From Octopus bimaculoides (taxonomy: Eukaryota), in the NCBI RefSeq assembly GCF_001194135.2, contig NC_068987.1, forward strand, positions 56,395,900 through 56,431,531: a stretch of 35,632 nucleotides of DNA, written 5' to 3'. The first letter of the stretch is position 1, and the number at the start of each line of letters is the position of its first letter. The notes under the pieces were generated by a model. The model saw nothing but the letters and a program-made list of their open reading frames with translations, was not told where the DNA came from and made no database searches. Both the position numbers and the translations under genes were made by a program. Shown piece after piece: positions 10,634-21,325 of this stretch.

Positions 10634-11017
10634 AACTTGCTAGAGAAAAAAGCCAAATCTCCCTAAAATTACACTAGTTTTTTTTTAGAAAAACAAATAG
10701 ACACATTGGAAAATATAGTCCCCAATACATTATGCCTGAAGCAAAAAAAGGATAAGTGAGTTTTGGTTGGAACATATTTAACCATAGATATTCTTAATCA
10801 GAGCTGACTTGGAGCTCAATGAATGAACCATTTTGCTAGAAATAGCAACCAAGTTTTACATACAATGTACACTCCTATGAAAATGAGAACACATTAGGCA
10901 ATATAGTCATCGATGTACTATATCTGAGAAAAATATAAAATGGCCATGGCTGGAATGCCTTTGGTTACAAGTCTACTTGCTCGAGGCTGATCTGGGGCTG
11001 AAGAATGATGACAACAG
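10634..11017 (+). repeat. Family D, two head-to-tail copies (about 10634-10825 and 10832-11017)
   Basis: Both start (A/T)TTGCTAGA..A..AGC..CCAA and end ...AG(G)GCTGA(C/T)(T/C)TGG.GCT; same family as 5480-5642. Confidence 0.7.
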
Positions 11018-11329
11018 TAAGCCAAAGAGGGGATCTTTGAGTATACAACTTAGCTAAAGATTCAAATTCAAATCCAACTTCTAAATTTCATCCAATGAAA
11101 ATCTGTCTCCACAATACCTACACTACCCTAAACAAACAATAGTAGACAATAATACACATGTTGAATAATACATTTCTAGTTGACATAAACCTGAAGGATT
11201 ATTAAACGTTAGTCATCATCATCATTATCATAACAATAATAATAAGAAGAATAATAAAATTATTGGCAGCTTCATTATACATGAGATATTTATAGTTTCT
11301 GACTAAATACATTGAGATCACACTATGGG

Positions 11330-11590
11330 TTTCAAAAGACTTTAAACAAATGAGTTTGTCGTGGGAACTTCTTACATGCTATGACACCAGCCTGTCTTTA
11401 GGCATGTAAACAAGAAGACAAAGCAAACAACCCTCGTCCTTGAATCTGCTTCCTTCTTCCTACATGCTTGGCTGCTTTATAAAGAGTAGTTTCTAAACAT
11501 GGCTTTGATGACAACAATCTCTTGTGACCAAGTGTCCCATAAATTTGTTCCCTTTACATTAAGAAAGTTTGGCTGTTTGAATTACAAATA
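11330..11590 (-). pseudogene. Possible highly decayed Ty3/gypsy pol remnant
   Basis: Only KFMGHLVTRD (about 11547-11518) resembles the F(L/M)GH.(V/L) motif after gypsy RT; several stops; weak. Confidence 0.25.
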
Positions 11591-11783
11591 CAGTCCAATG
11601 GATGGACTTTCACAAAATATTAAGGCAATCTATCTACTATGTAATCACTTAACATGCTAAAAATAGCAATCAAATTTCCCTCATTTAACACCTATCATCT
11701 TAAAATGGACACTGAATAACCTCTTTGATACTAACCTGCATTAGAGATTACTCGTTCTAGGATACACACTTCATGTTTTAGAG

Positions 11784-12123
11784 CAGGGGTTCACAATCAT
11801 TTTTTATCTGTGGACCCCTTTGATTACTATTTTATTCTGGTGGGCCCCCAAAGCCATTTGATGTTTAAAAACGAGTTTTATAGAAACTTCTTTCAAAATT
11901 CTTATTTTGCTTTTCACTCATTCACTTGCAGAGGTTGAACTATGTAAAATGTTGGAGAAAGAAACTTAGCTGTTTCTTACAATGCATACATCTAAAGCAA
12001 AATTTTTTTCAGAGGTTCTTGAAATACTATCGTGGATCACCAGTTTACTATTATGTTGCATGGGCCCCCAAAAGTCTTCTATGGACCATCAGAGGCCATA
12101 TTGACCCTGGTTGAGAACCACTG
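11784..12123. mobile_element. hAT (Charlie-like) MITE, 340 bp, with TSD
   Basis: TIRs CAGGGGTTCACAA / TTGAGAACCACTG; 8-bp flanks TTTTAGAG (11776-11783) and GTTTAGAG (12124-12131) match at 7/8. Confidence 0.85.
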
Positions 12124-12226
12124 GTTTAGAGTAATATAAAGTAAAACCTTCCATAAAAAATGTTATTTCAATTTATGTTCTAAACACCAGCTTAATAATG
12201 ACAAAGTTATTTTATTAAATAATTTT

Positions 12227-12483
12227 GGTGCAGGCTTGGTTGTGTGATAAGAAGCTTGCTTCCCAGCCACATGGTTCCGGGTTCAGGACCACTGCATGTC
12301 TCTTCTACTATCGCCTTGGGCTGACCAAGATAGAAACTTAGTGGTTCGGCAAAAGCGACCAACAGAATAAGCACCAGGCTTAAAAAGAAAATAAATACTT
12401 GGGTTTGATCACTGCGACTAAAATTCCCCAAGGCGGTGCCCCAGCATGGCCACAGTCTAATGACTGAAATAAAAGTAAAAGAA
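12227..12483 (+). mobile_element. SINE A+B with internal deletions (no microsatellite)
   Basis: Head GGTGCAGGCTTGGTTGTGTGATAAG...GGTTCCGGGTTCAGG up to CTGACCAA (12328) is joined via GATAGA to mid-tail AACTTAGTGGTTCGGCAAAAG, then normal end ...GTAAAAGAAT. Confidence 0.8.
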
Positions 12484-12880
12484 TGATTATTTTCAAAATA
12501 AATTGAAAAACTGCAGTGTATTTAAATAGAAATATGGTAGCAAAGGAGATAACATATTTCAGGGTACATTATTCATGAAAATAAAAAATTAAGTTGGGAT
12601 ATAAGGGCTGGATGTCTCTGACCAACACCTAAAATTGATTGCAATATTTTCCAATATTAGTGCAAGATCTTGAGGAATAAATTATCAATGAACTGATTTG
12701 GTGTATAATGGGTACTAGCTGACCCTGGTAGGATAAAGGGTAAATTTAATCCTAAGGATATTTGAATAAAATTTGAAGGGACATAAACATTTCAAGGTGA
12801 GCAAGCATTTGTCTTCCTGTACTTTCTGAACAAAAGGGCTTAATAATGGTTTAATCTATGATTAAGTAGAAAGGTTTTTA

Positions 12881-13205
12881 CATTCACCATTGCAGTTTCA
12901 AGCAAGGTAATATTGCTCCATGGCCAGACAGTGTACCACAGTGACGCTCATTTAGAACTACCACATAATGTCAAGATGACAAAAGACAAACATACATAAT
13001 GTCAAGATGACAAGAGACAAACAAATGTCAAGAGACAAACATACACACACATATTGAGCTTCTTTGTTTCCATCTACCAAATCTACTCACAAGGCTTTGG
13101 TCAGTTTAGGGTTATATTAGAAGGCACTTGCCCAAGGGGTGATGCAGTGGGACTGAACTTGAAACTATGTGGTGGATATGCAACTACACAGCCATGTCTG
13201 CATCT
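12881..13205 (-). mobile_element. SINE A+C, old copy
   Basis: TTTCAAGCAAGGTAATATTGCTCCATGGCCAGACA is the reverse complement of tail C; head A at 13050-13205. Confidence 0.65.
12964..13043. repeat. 31-bp tandem duplication (about 2.6 units)
   Basis: CATAATGTCAAGATGACAAAAGACAAACATA, CATAATGTCAAGATGACAAGAGACAAACA, AATGTCAAGAGACAAACATA. Confidence 0.9.
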
Positions 13206-13649
13206 CACAGAAAAAGAATATGTTGTAACATTCATGCCTTTCATAAGAGCATTAGTGATAGGTTCTTGCTGCTCTTGGTTCCTTCGTATTTGGTAGAGAT
13301 GGTTGCTATTGAAAACTACAAAATACTAGATGAAATGTTTTACAATATCATAATTTTCTACCTTCCAATTCAGATTTTAACCCCCAATAGAACTTTCTAG
13401 TTACAATGGAGGTTCCTCATTCCTCACTGGAGGTTAAATCCACCAATTATATACCGTTCCACTCTGTTAACCTTTTTAATGCCAACCTGTTTGAGAACAT
13501 CCTTGGCTTATAATCCAAGTGACCTGTTTTAAAGTGATCTAAATTAAGACCTATTAATATTCCAAATACTAGCTTAAAAATTACAGTTACTTTCCTAAAT
13601 TCTTCATGATTTAAAAAATTAAAACAAAAGCTGTGTATTTCAACAAAAA

Positions 13650-14754
13650 TATCTTTTATCTTGTTTCGGTCATTAGACTGTGAAGAACTGTTTTTAGTCA
13701 AATGAATCGACTCCAGTACTTATTTTTCTAAGCCTCATACTTATTCTATCGTCTCTCTTGCCAAACTGCTAAGTTATGGGGATGTAAACACACCAACACC
13801 AATTGTGAAGTGGTGGTAGGGGACAAACAGACACAAAGATATATATAAACATATATAATGCTATATATATATATATATATATTTGAATTCCTTCATTCTT
13901 TCCTTCTTTCTATCAGCTCTTTCACACTTACTTCGTTCATTCCACTCTTCGTTCTTTCGTTCCCTCTCACATTTCCTGGCCTTCTCTTCATGCTCACTTT
14001 CCCTCTTTCACTTCAGTGTCTTTTTTTATTTTTCTCTTGCCCCTCCTTAATTCTTCTATCCCTCTGCCTCTACCTCTCTCTCTTCTCTCCCCATGTGACC
14101 GGTGTTTGGTCAGGCCTGACCTTTCTTTCTTGGTTGGACTACTGTCCATGCAACATCTATATTCCTTCCTGTGCTTGTTAAACCTTATGTCCCTGCCATA
14201 AGGCTTTACTTCCACATACGCCAGCTTAATTTAATTCGTCCTTAGTTAAAAGACACCTCTTGTTATGTCCTGTTATTTGTATTTGTGTAACATTTTTGTT
14301 TTTTTTTTCCATCCTTGTTTTCATATACATTTGCTGCTTTCTTCCAAGGAATGTAATGCTCTTAGCTTATTTTTTCCTTGGGGCTGGTCAGATTGGAGCA
14401 ATCTCGAGTATAACGCGCCACAATTGCAAAGATAATCTGGAACTCGACTGAGGATAGAAAACTCCGAATGAGCTGTCCTTGTTTTCCTTGTATTGTCTGT
14501 CTGGATATTTTGTTGTCCCTTTTTTGTTTCACCTAACTGACTGGATGTTTTGCGTTCTTGTTCCATTTTTGTATTTGATATATATAAATATGATGGGCTT
14601 TTTTCAGTTTCTATCAACCAAATTCACTCACAGGGCTTCGATTGGTTTGAGGCTATAGTAGAAGACACTTGCCGAAGGTGCTGCTCAGTGGGACTGAACT
14701 TGGAACCATGTGGTTAGGAAGCAAGCTTCTTGCGACACAGCCAGGTCTGCTCCT
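13650..14754 (-). mobile_element. SINE A+B split by an about 695-bp insertion in its (TA)n
   Basis: Tail B at 13650-13840 and (TA)n to 13882; (TA)n plus head A at 14578-14754. Confidence 0.8.
13883..14577. mobile_element. Unclassified pyrimidine-rich insert, probably the 3' end of a retroelement
   Basis: Bounded by TA dinucleotides on both sides inside a SINE; CT-rich, retains CpGs, T-rich end; no recognisable ORF and no second copy in the window. Confidence 0.45.
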
Positions 14755-15304
14755 ATGCCAATTAAAAGGTAAAAGAACTTAATAAAAGACATTTTTAAGC
14801 AATAATAATCAGTTCCATTTCCTTATGATTGTTGTATTCCCCCTCCTACTACCGTATAGAGAAAAGTTCAGTCTTTATGTGTTGTTTAAATAGTCAAGAG
14901 GTGGTAGAAAACTAACTAGAACATAATAGCTAACCTGATTAGGTAGGTAAAAATCTCACGTGTATATTGCTGTGAAGTATGTTATTCACCAAGGTGACAT
15001 CACAGTAAACAAACAGGAGACAATAGTGACAAAGAGAACACAGTAGTTATAGTTCACAATGAAGTAGATGACAGTTTGTTCAATGAATTTGCTACTCACT
15101 GTCGGCGACAACAACAGCAACTGTAGGATCAGGTTGCAGCAAATAGTTAATTTTTAATAGACATTCTTAGATTACCCTGCAAGGAGTATATATATATATA
15201 TATATATATAGTGTAGTATATTGCCACTTAAGTGTGGCTGACCCCTAGGGGTGGATGTTACTGTTGCTTTTAGCCCCAGGAGGACATCTCCTCCNNNNNN
15301 NNNN

Positions 15305-15345
15305 CATACATGTACGTATATATGCATATACTCATTTATTATTTG

Positions 15346-15379
<34 letters not shown>

Positions 15380-15620
15380 TATATATGTCTGTGTGTATGT
15401 GTATGAGTCTTTGTGTTTATCGCCCAGCATTGCTTGATGACTGGTGTTGGTGTGTTTATGTCCTTGTAACTTGGCAGTTCAGCAAAAAAGATTGATAAAA
15501 TAAGTACCAGGCCTCAAAACAAAACAAAAACATAATGGGGTCAATTCATTCAACTAGAATTTTTCAAGGTGGTGCCCCAGCATGACTGCAGTCTAATGAC
15601 TGAAACAAGTAAAAGATACA
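15305..15620 (+). mobile_element. Microsatellite + SINE tail B (head not visible; 10-N gap at 15295-15304 just upstream)
   Basis: GTCTTTGTGTTTATCGCCC...GGTGGTGCCCCAGCATGACTGCAGTCTAATGACTGAAACAAGTAAAAGAT. Confidence 0.8.
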
Positions 15621-15925
15621 TACAAAAGAGGTGTATATGAAAGAGAAAGAGAATTTTATCAACAAATTCAGAGCTTCTTTTTCACATCACAACACTGGAT
15701 CACAATTAGAATAGTGTATGTATGTATGTATGTATGTATGAACATGTGTCAATGCATATAGAAAATTAAGATAAATCAAATCTTTTCAAAAATCCATATT
15801 TATTTTAGGAACTTTAGCACATGCAAACACACACATACATACTCACGTATTATATCTATATATAAGGGGATACATGTTTGAACATACAAAGCAAGAAAAA
15901 GAAAGAACTGAAAGAAAAAAAAAAC

Positions 15926-16298
15926 AGGCATGGCTGCATGGTAAAAAGCTTGTTTCCCAAACACATGGCTGCAGGTTCAGTCCCACTGCATGGCACCAGA
16001 GGCAAGTGTCTTCTACTATAGCCTCAATCTGACCAAAGCCTTGTGAGTGGATTCGGTAGACAGAAGTCAAAAAGAAGCCTGATGTATGTGTGTGTCTTTG
16101 TGTCTGTGTTTGTCCCCCACCACCACTTGATAACCATTGATGATGTGTTTATGTCACCATAACTTAGCAGTTCAGCAAAAGAGTCCAATAGAATAAGTAC
16201 CAGGCTTACAAAAACGTTTTTTAAAAAATAAAGATCCTTCAAGGTGGTGCCCCAGTATGGCCGCAGTCTAATGACTGAAAAAAGTAAAAGATATAAAA
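15926..16298 (+). mobile_element. SINE A+B, full-length (about 373 bp) with short internal microsatellite; best gap-free template in the window
   Basis: A-box-like TGGCTGCATGG, B-box-like GGTTCAGTCCC, GGCAAGTGTCTTCTACTATAGCC, short (TG)n at 16083-16096, tail ending GTAAAAGATATAAAAG. Confidence 0.9.
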
Positions 16299-16743
16299 GG
16301 TTCAAAGATCAGAAACATGAAAATCAGAACACCTGAAGTTACAGCTTTTAATAAATCATACACACATACACACACAAGATACAATTGAGGAAGATTTTCC
16401 TGTTACTTCTAAAAAGCCAAAAAGGACAAAGGAGATTATGGCTTAATGTTTTTTTTGTTTTTTTTTCTATCAGCCTACACAATCATTGTTGATCTAGGTT
16501 AAACAATGACAACAACTCTTACTGCTTAGCTAGAAAAGATGACACACCCATTTCACAGATAAAAATGTTCTCTACAAAGTAAATAGTTATTGTTTAGAAA
16601 AAAATATATAAAATACACTAAAAAAGTCATAAATCAGAATAGCTTGTGCAACGATTCATATTTTAATGTCAGTTGGCAAATTGAATGTCCCCACCTAATG
16701 TAAATAGCAATTAAAAAAATCAAACCTATAAAGTACAAAGATC

Positions 16744-16745
<2 letters not shown>

Positions 16746-16825
<80 letters not shown>
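16746..16825. repeat. (TA)n microsatellite, about 80 bp
   Basis: Direct reading. Confidence 0.97.
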
Positions 16826-16826
<1 letters not shown>

Positions 16827-17166
16827 AAGGGTAAAGACCCCCTTCAGTCACGAATGACCATGGGATTGCACCTAGAAAGTTACCCTCTGAGGCACAAATT
16901 TGGGCAAGGTTGCTAATGGAAAACCAGCAGTCGCCTATGCATACCAGCTTCCCCTCTCCACACCACTGATGTTATCCAAGGGAAAGGCAAAGGCCGATAC
17001 AACTTGGTACCAGTGATATCGCAACTCATTTCTACAGTTGAGTGAACTGGAGCAACATGAAAGAAAGTGTCTTGCTCAAGAACACAACACAGCCTGGTCT
17101 TGGAATCAAACTCACTACCTCATGATTGTGAGTCCGACACTCTAACCACTGGGCCATGCACCTTCA
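16826..17166 (-). mobile_element. tRNA-derived SINE family G, full-length
   Basis: Reverse complement begins GGTGCATGGCCCAGTGGTTAGAGTGTCGGACTCACAATCATGAGGTAGTGAGTTTGATTCC (A/B boxes, anticodon-like arm), then TTCTTGAGCAAGACACTTT...TTGCTCCAGTTCACTCA (CORE-like); 3' end abuts (TA)n. Confidence 0.85.
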
Positions 17167-17479
17167 TATATATGGTTCAACTGTACAAATGACAAAGACA
17201 GGTGAGGGAACAATAAGCTAGATGTATTAGTCTGACACTCATGAAAATGGAAAAGTTTTTGATGTTTCGAGCCTATGCTCTTTGACAGAAAGGAATGAGA
17301 AAATAAATGGAGAGACAAAGAAAAAAAAAAAACAGAGAGAGAAAAAAATAGTGTTGGGATTAATGGTTCAACATGTTGAAATGACTGGAAGGAAGAGGTC
17401 AACTGAAGGAGATATAGCACTGATCTGGACAAAATGGAGCATGCAAGCACATACGTGTGTGTATATAAATGTATACATA

Positions 17480-17582
17480 TGGAGGTTTTTCAGTTACCAT
17501 CCACCAAGTCCATTTACAAGTCTTTGGTTGTCCCAAGAAACTTGCCCAAGGTGTCACACAGTGGGACTGAACTCTGCGGACT
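17480..17582 (-). mobile_element. SINE head A fragment
   Basis: CTTGCCCAAGGTGTCACACAGTGGGACTGAACTC. Confidence 0.7.
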
Positions 17583-18264
17583 CTGGGGCAAGTGAGACTC
17601 ACACCCACACACATCAACACAAAAGTAAACATATTAAAAGCTGTGTAATAAAAAGGAACCAGAAATGCAGTGAGTCAAAAATGATGTTTAACTATTAAGC
17701 TTTGTACCATAGCTAAATTCAATGCAGCTCTTTATGCAGTCTGAAAGTACCTAAAACAATCAGTTTTATGACTTCTAGAATACACTGCTGCAGGCACTTA
17801 CTTATTGAGACTATGATTTATGAGAAAATCACTAAAATAAACACTTGAAAAGGAAAAGTAATGGATATTTAATGACTGAAAGGTTAAGGTTTTTATGTTT
17901 TGATATGTTTTTTTTTACACTGAAGTTTTATATATATATATATATTTGTTTTGTTTCTATTTTTTTTATGAGAGGAAAAAAATGATAGAAAACGCTCTAC
18001 TGAGTCAATGTGGGGTTCTAGAAATACCAATCAACTTTTTCATAGGTCACATAATGATGTCTTTAGAAAATTACAAAAATAAAAACAGAAAAATTTAGCC
18101 TCTACTGATATATAAAAAAAAAAACAGTGAATAACAAATCACTGGTATTGCAAATGCCTGACAGGTTTATTAAAAATTTGTTATTAGTCGTAGAAGTAGT
18201 ATTAATTCAAAACAGACGTGTAGGGCTAAAAAGCACAGAACAGTATCAGAAGCAGACAAATATC

Positions 18265-18595
18265 ATTTATCTTTTACTTGTTTCAATCATTTGACTGTAG
18301 CCATGCTGGGACAGCACCTTGAGAGTTTTGCTTGAACAAACTGACTCCAGGACTTATTTTGCTTAAGCCTAATACTTATTGAATTGGTCTCTTTCACCGA
18401 ACTGCTATGTTATGGGGACGTAAACACACTGACACCACTTGTCAAGCAGTGATGGGAGACAGACACAAAGATACACACACACACACATATATGACAGACT
18501 TCTTTGAGTTTCTATCCACCGCCCAGCAGGACTGAACCTGGAACAAAAGGGTTGGGAAGCAAGCTTCTTACCAGACAACCATGCCTGTGCCTATT
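18265..18595 (-). mobile_element. SINE A+B with deletion in the head
   Basis: Complete tail B, (CA)n, then TTCTTTGAGTTTCTATCCACC joined directly to GCAGGACTGAACCTGGAAC (middle of head missing). Confidence 0.85.
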
Positions 18596-18721
18596 GCAGG
18601 TTTTGGGTTTTTTTATCATATCCTAGTGCTTTACATATCACTTTTCATTTCTCCTATGAGAGGAAAGAAAAATGACGCAAAACACTATATTGAGTCAACA
18701 TGGGATTCTCTTCCTGCTCAC

Positions 18722-18922
18722 TCAAGTTGCTAAAAATAGCAGTCAAATCTCTCTTGGATGACATACACGCACCATAAGAAATAAATACAGTTAAAAAAGG
18801 ATATATTAGATAATATAACCAAAGATAAATCATCTCTAAAGAAATGGAATGGACATGTCTTGAATACCTTAGATCATAAACCTGCTTGATCAGGGTTGGC
18901 CTGGGGCTATACAACAACACCA
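18722..18922 (+). repeat. Family D copy
   Basis: GTTGCTAAAAATAGCAGTCAAATCTC...GCTTGATCAGGGTTGGCCTGGGGCTATACAACAAC. Confidence 0.7.
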
Positions 18923-19012
18923 ACAGTATAGTGGTATACAAAGTCATGTATTTGTAGGAGACATGTATAGCTAAATGACATGTATTGTTTTGGACTGTAA
19001 TCAATAAGGTAT

Positions 19013-19191
19013 AGGTGTGGCTATGTGGTAAGAAGTTGTGGTTGGGAAGCAAACATTGTGGTTTCAACTTCAGTCCTACGGCATGATACCTTGGGCAAGC
19101 GATCTCCAAAATAACCCTGGCCAACCAAAGCCTTGTGAGCAGATTTGGTAGATGGAAAATGAAAGAAGCTCACCATGCTTTTGTGAGTGGT

Positions 19192-19225
<34 letters not shown>

Positions 19226-19297
19226 CTTATTGCATAATAGTGTAAATGAGTGTTGCTGTTACACAGTGTTACTTATTTCCAATATTCTGCAAGAATA
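19013..19297 (+). mobile_element. SINE head A + (TG)n + start of tail C
   Basis: Head to GAAAGAAGCTC, (TG)n, then ATAATAGTGTAAATGAGTGTTGCTG...TTTCCAATATTCTGCAAGAA, aligning to 8435-8510. Confidence 0.7.
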
Positions 19298-19939
19298 TGG
19301 AAAGCACAAGTGTCCAAGTATCTCACACACACACATGCATACATACATATAAAAAGCAATATTGAATCATTACCAAATATGGCAGAACTAAGTACATGTA
19401 ACCACAAAACAGCTACAGTTGTAAAAGAGAAGATATGAAGTTAAACAGTTCTAAAGTAGAATAAATTGGATTTCAATTATTTCCATTCTTGAAGTGTTTA
19501 TATTCATTAATTGTGAAAGCAGACAATTCCGAGATTCTCTAGCTCCTACTGTTTACTTTTAATTGCCAGGAATGTGTTTATTATGTGAAATTGGTAAATC
19601 CAATTATGTTACACCGCTATATTTAGTGACTATTTAAGCAATGTGTTTGTAGATGATTAATAGGTTGGCTGTGATACTGAAGAAAGAGCAAGAACTCTTG
19701 AAATATGCATATACACCTACTACTTATTTTCCTTCAATCGCATTGATTACATAGACATATTTATATATGAAACGTAACAAATCAGTGCTGGCTCTAATTT
19801 CTAAGGAATATCTGTAGAGATAACTTTAAAAAACTGTTTTCTTTATATGAATATATATTAGTTTTTAGTATTTGTCAGTGGGTATGGACAAATATGAACA
19901 GTTCTGAATTCACATAAATACCTAATTGGATTTATTTCC

Positions 19940-20171
19940 TATCTTTTATCTTTTACTTGTTTCAGTCAGACTGCAGCCATGCTGGAGCACTGCCATGAAG
20001 AATTTTTAGTCAAATGTAGCACCCGCCAGTAATTGTTTTTTAAAACCTGCTACTTATTCTATCAATCTTTTTTTGCCAAACTGCTGAGTTACAGGGACAT
20101 AAATGCACCAGCACTGGTTGTAAAGTGGTGGTGGGAGACAAACTCAGACACACACACACATATGTATATAT
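19940..20171 (-). mobile_element. SINE tail B, old copy
   Basis: TCTTTTATCTTTTACTTGTTTCAGTCAGACTGCAGCCATGCTGGAGCAC...; CpG-poor. Confidence 0.85.
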
Positions 20172-20384
20172 ACTCTTTACTCTTTTACTTGTTTCAGTAA
20201 TTTGACTGTGGCCATGCTGGAGCACCACCTTTAGTCGAGCAAATCGACCCCAGGATTTATTCTTTGTAAGCCTAGTACTTATTCTATCGGTCTCTTTTGC
20301 CAAACCGCTAAGTTACAGGGACGTAAACACACCAGCATCGGTTGTCAAGCGATGTTGGGGGGACAAACATAGACACACAAACAT

Positions 20385-20420
<36 letters not shown>
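20172..20420 (-). mobile_element. SINE tail B, young CpG-rich copy inserted in the microsatellite of the older copy
   Basis: TTTAGTCGAGCAAATCGACCCC, CTATCGGTC, AAACCGCTAAG, GGGACGTAAAC, GCATCGGTTGTCAAGCGATG; near-identical to 22432-22638. Confidence 0.85.
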
Positions 20421-20423
<3 letters not shown>

Positions 20424-20471
20424 CAACAGGCTTTTTTCAGTTTCCATCTACTAAATCCACTCATAAGGCTT

Positions 20472-21286
20472 NNNNNNNNNNNNNNNNNNNNNNNNNNNNN
20501 NNNNNNNNNNNNNNNNNNNNNNNNNNNNNNNNNNNNNNNNNNNNNNNNNNNNNNNNNNNNNNNNNNNNNNNNNNNNNNNNNNNNNNNNNNNNNNNNNNNN
20601 NNNNNNNNNNNNNNNNNNNNNNNNNNNNNNNNNNNNNNNNNNNNNNNNNNNNNNNNNNNNNNNNNNNNNNNNNNNNNNNNNNNNNNNNNNNNNNNNNNNN
20701 NNNNNNNNNNNNNNNNNNNNNNNNNNNNNNNNNNNNNNNNNNNNNNNNNNNNNNNNNNNNNNNNNNNNNNNNNNNNNNNNNNNNNNNNNNNNNNNNNNNN
20801 NNNNNNNNNNNNNNNNNNNNNNNNNNNNNNNNNNNNNNNNNNNNNNNNNNNNNNNNNNNNNNNNNNNNNNNNNNNNNNNNNNNNNNNNNNNNNNNNNNNN
20901 NNNNNNNNNNNNNNNNNNNNNNNNNNNNNNNNNNNNNNNNNNNNNNNNNNNNNNNNNNNNNNNNNNNNNNNNNNNNNNNNNNNNNNNNNNNNNNNNNNNN
21001 NNNNNNNNNNNNNNNNNNNNNNNNNNNNNNNNNNNNNNNNNNNNNNNNNNNNNNNNNNNNNNNNNNNNNNNNNNNNNNNNNNNNNNNNNNNNNNNNNNNN
21101 NNNNNNNNNNNNNNNNNNNNNNNNNNNNNNNNNNNNNNNNNNNNNNNNNNNNNNNNNNNNNNNNNNNNNNNNNNNNNNNNNNNNNNNNNNNNNNNNNNNN
21201 NNNNNNNNNNNNNNNNNNNNNNNNNNNNNNNNNNNNNNNNNNNNNNNNNNNNNNNNNNNNNNNNNNNNNNNNNNNNNNNNNNNNNN

Positions 21287-21287
<1 letters not shown>
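20472..21287. other. Assembly gap (816 N) with identical sequence on both sides
   Basis: 20424-20471 is identical to 21324-21371. Confidence 0.97.

Positions 21288-21325
<38 letters not shown>

Larger units (their letters stand above)
11716..12552 (+). mobile_element. Old about 240-bp MITE-like repeat (family F) interrupted by a hAT MITE and a SINE
   Basis: After removing 11784-12131 and 12227-12483, the remainder aligns collinearly with the uninterrupted copy at 21650-21890 (AAA.CCTTCCA..AAAA...AATTTATGTTC.AA..ACCAG.TTAATAATGA...TTATTTTCAAAAT.AATT). Confidence 0.7.

Noticed and set aside
16826-17166. tRNA gene
   Set aside because: The tRNA-like part lacks a proper acceptor stem and is followed by a SINE body; it is a SINE head.
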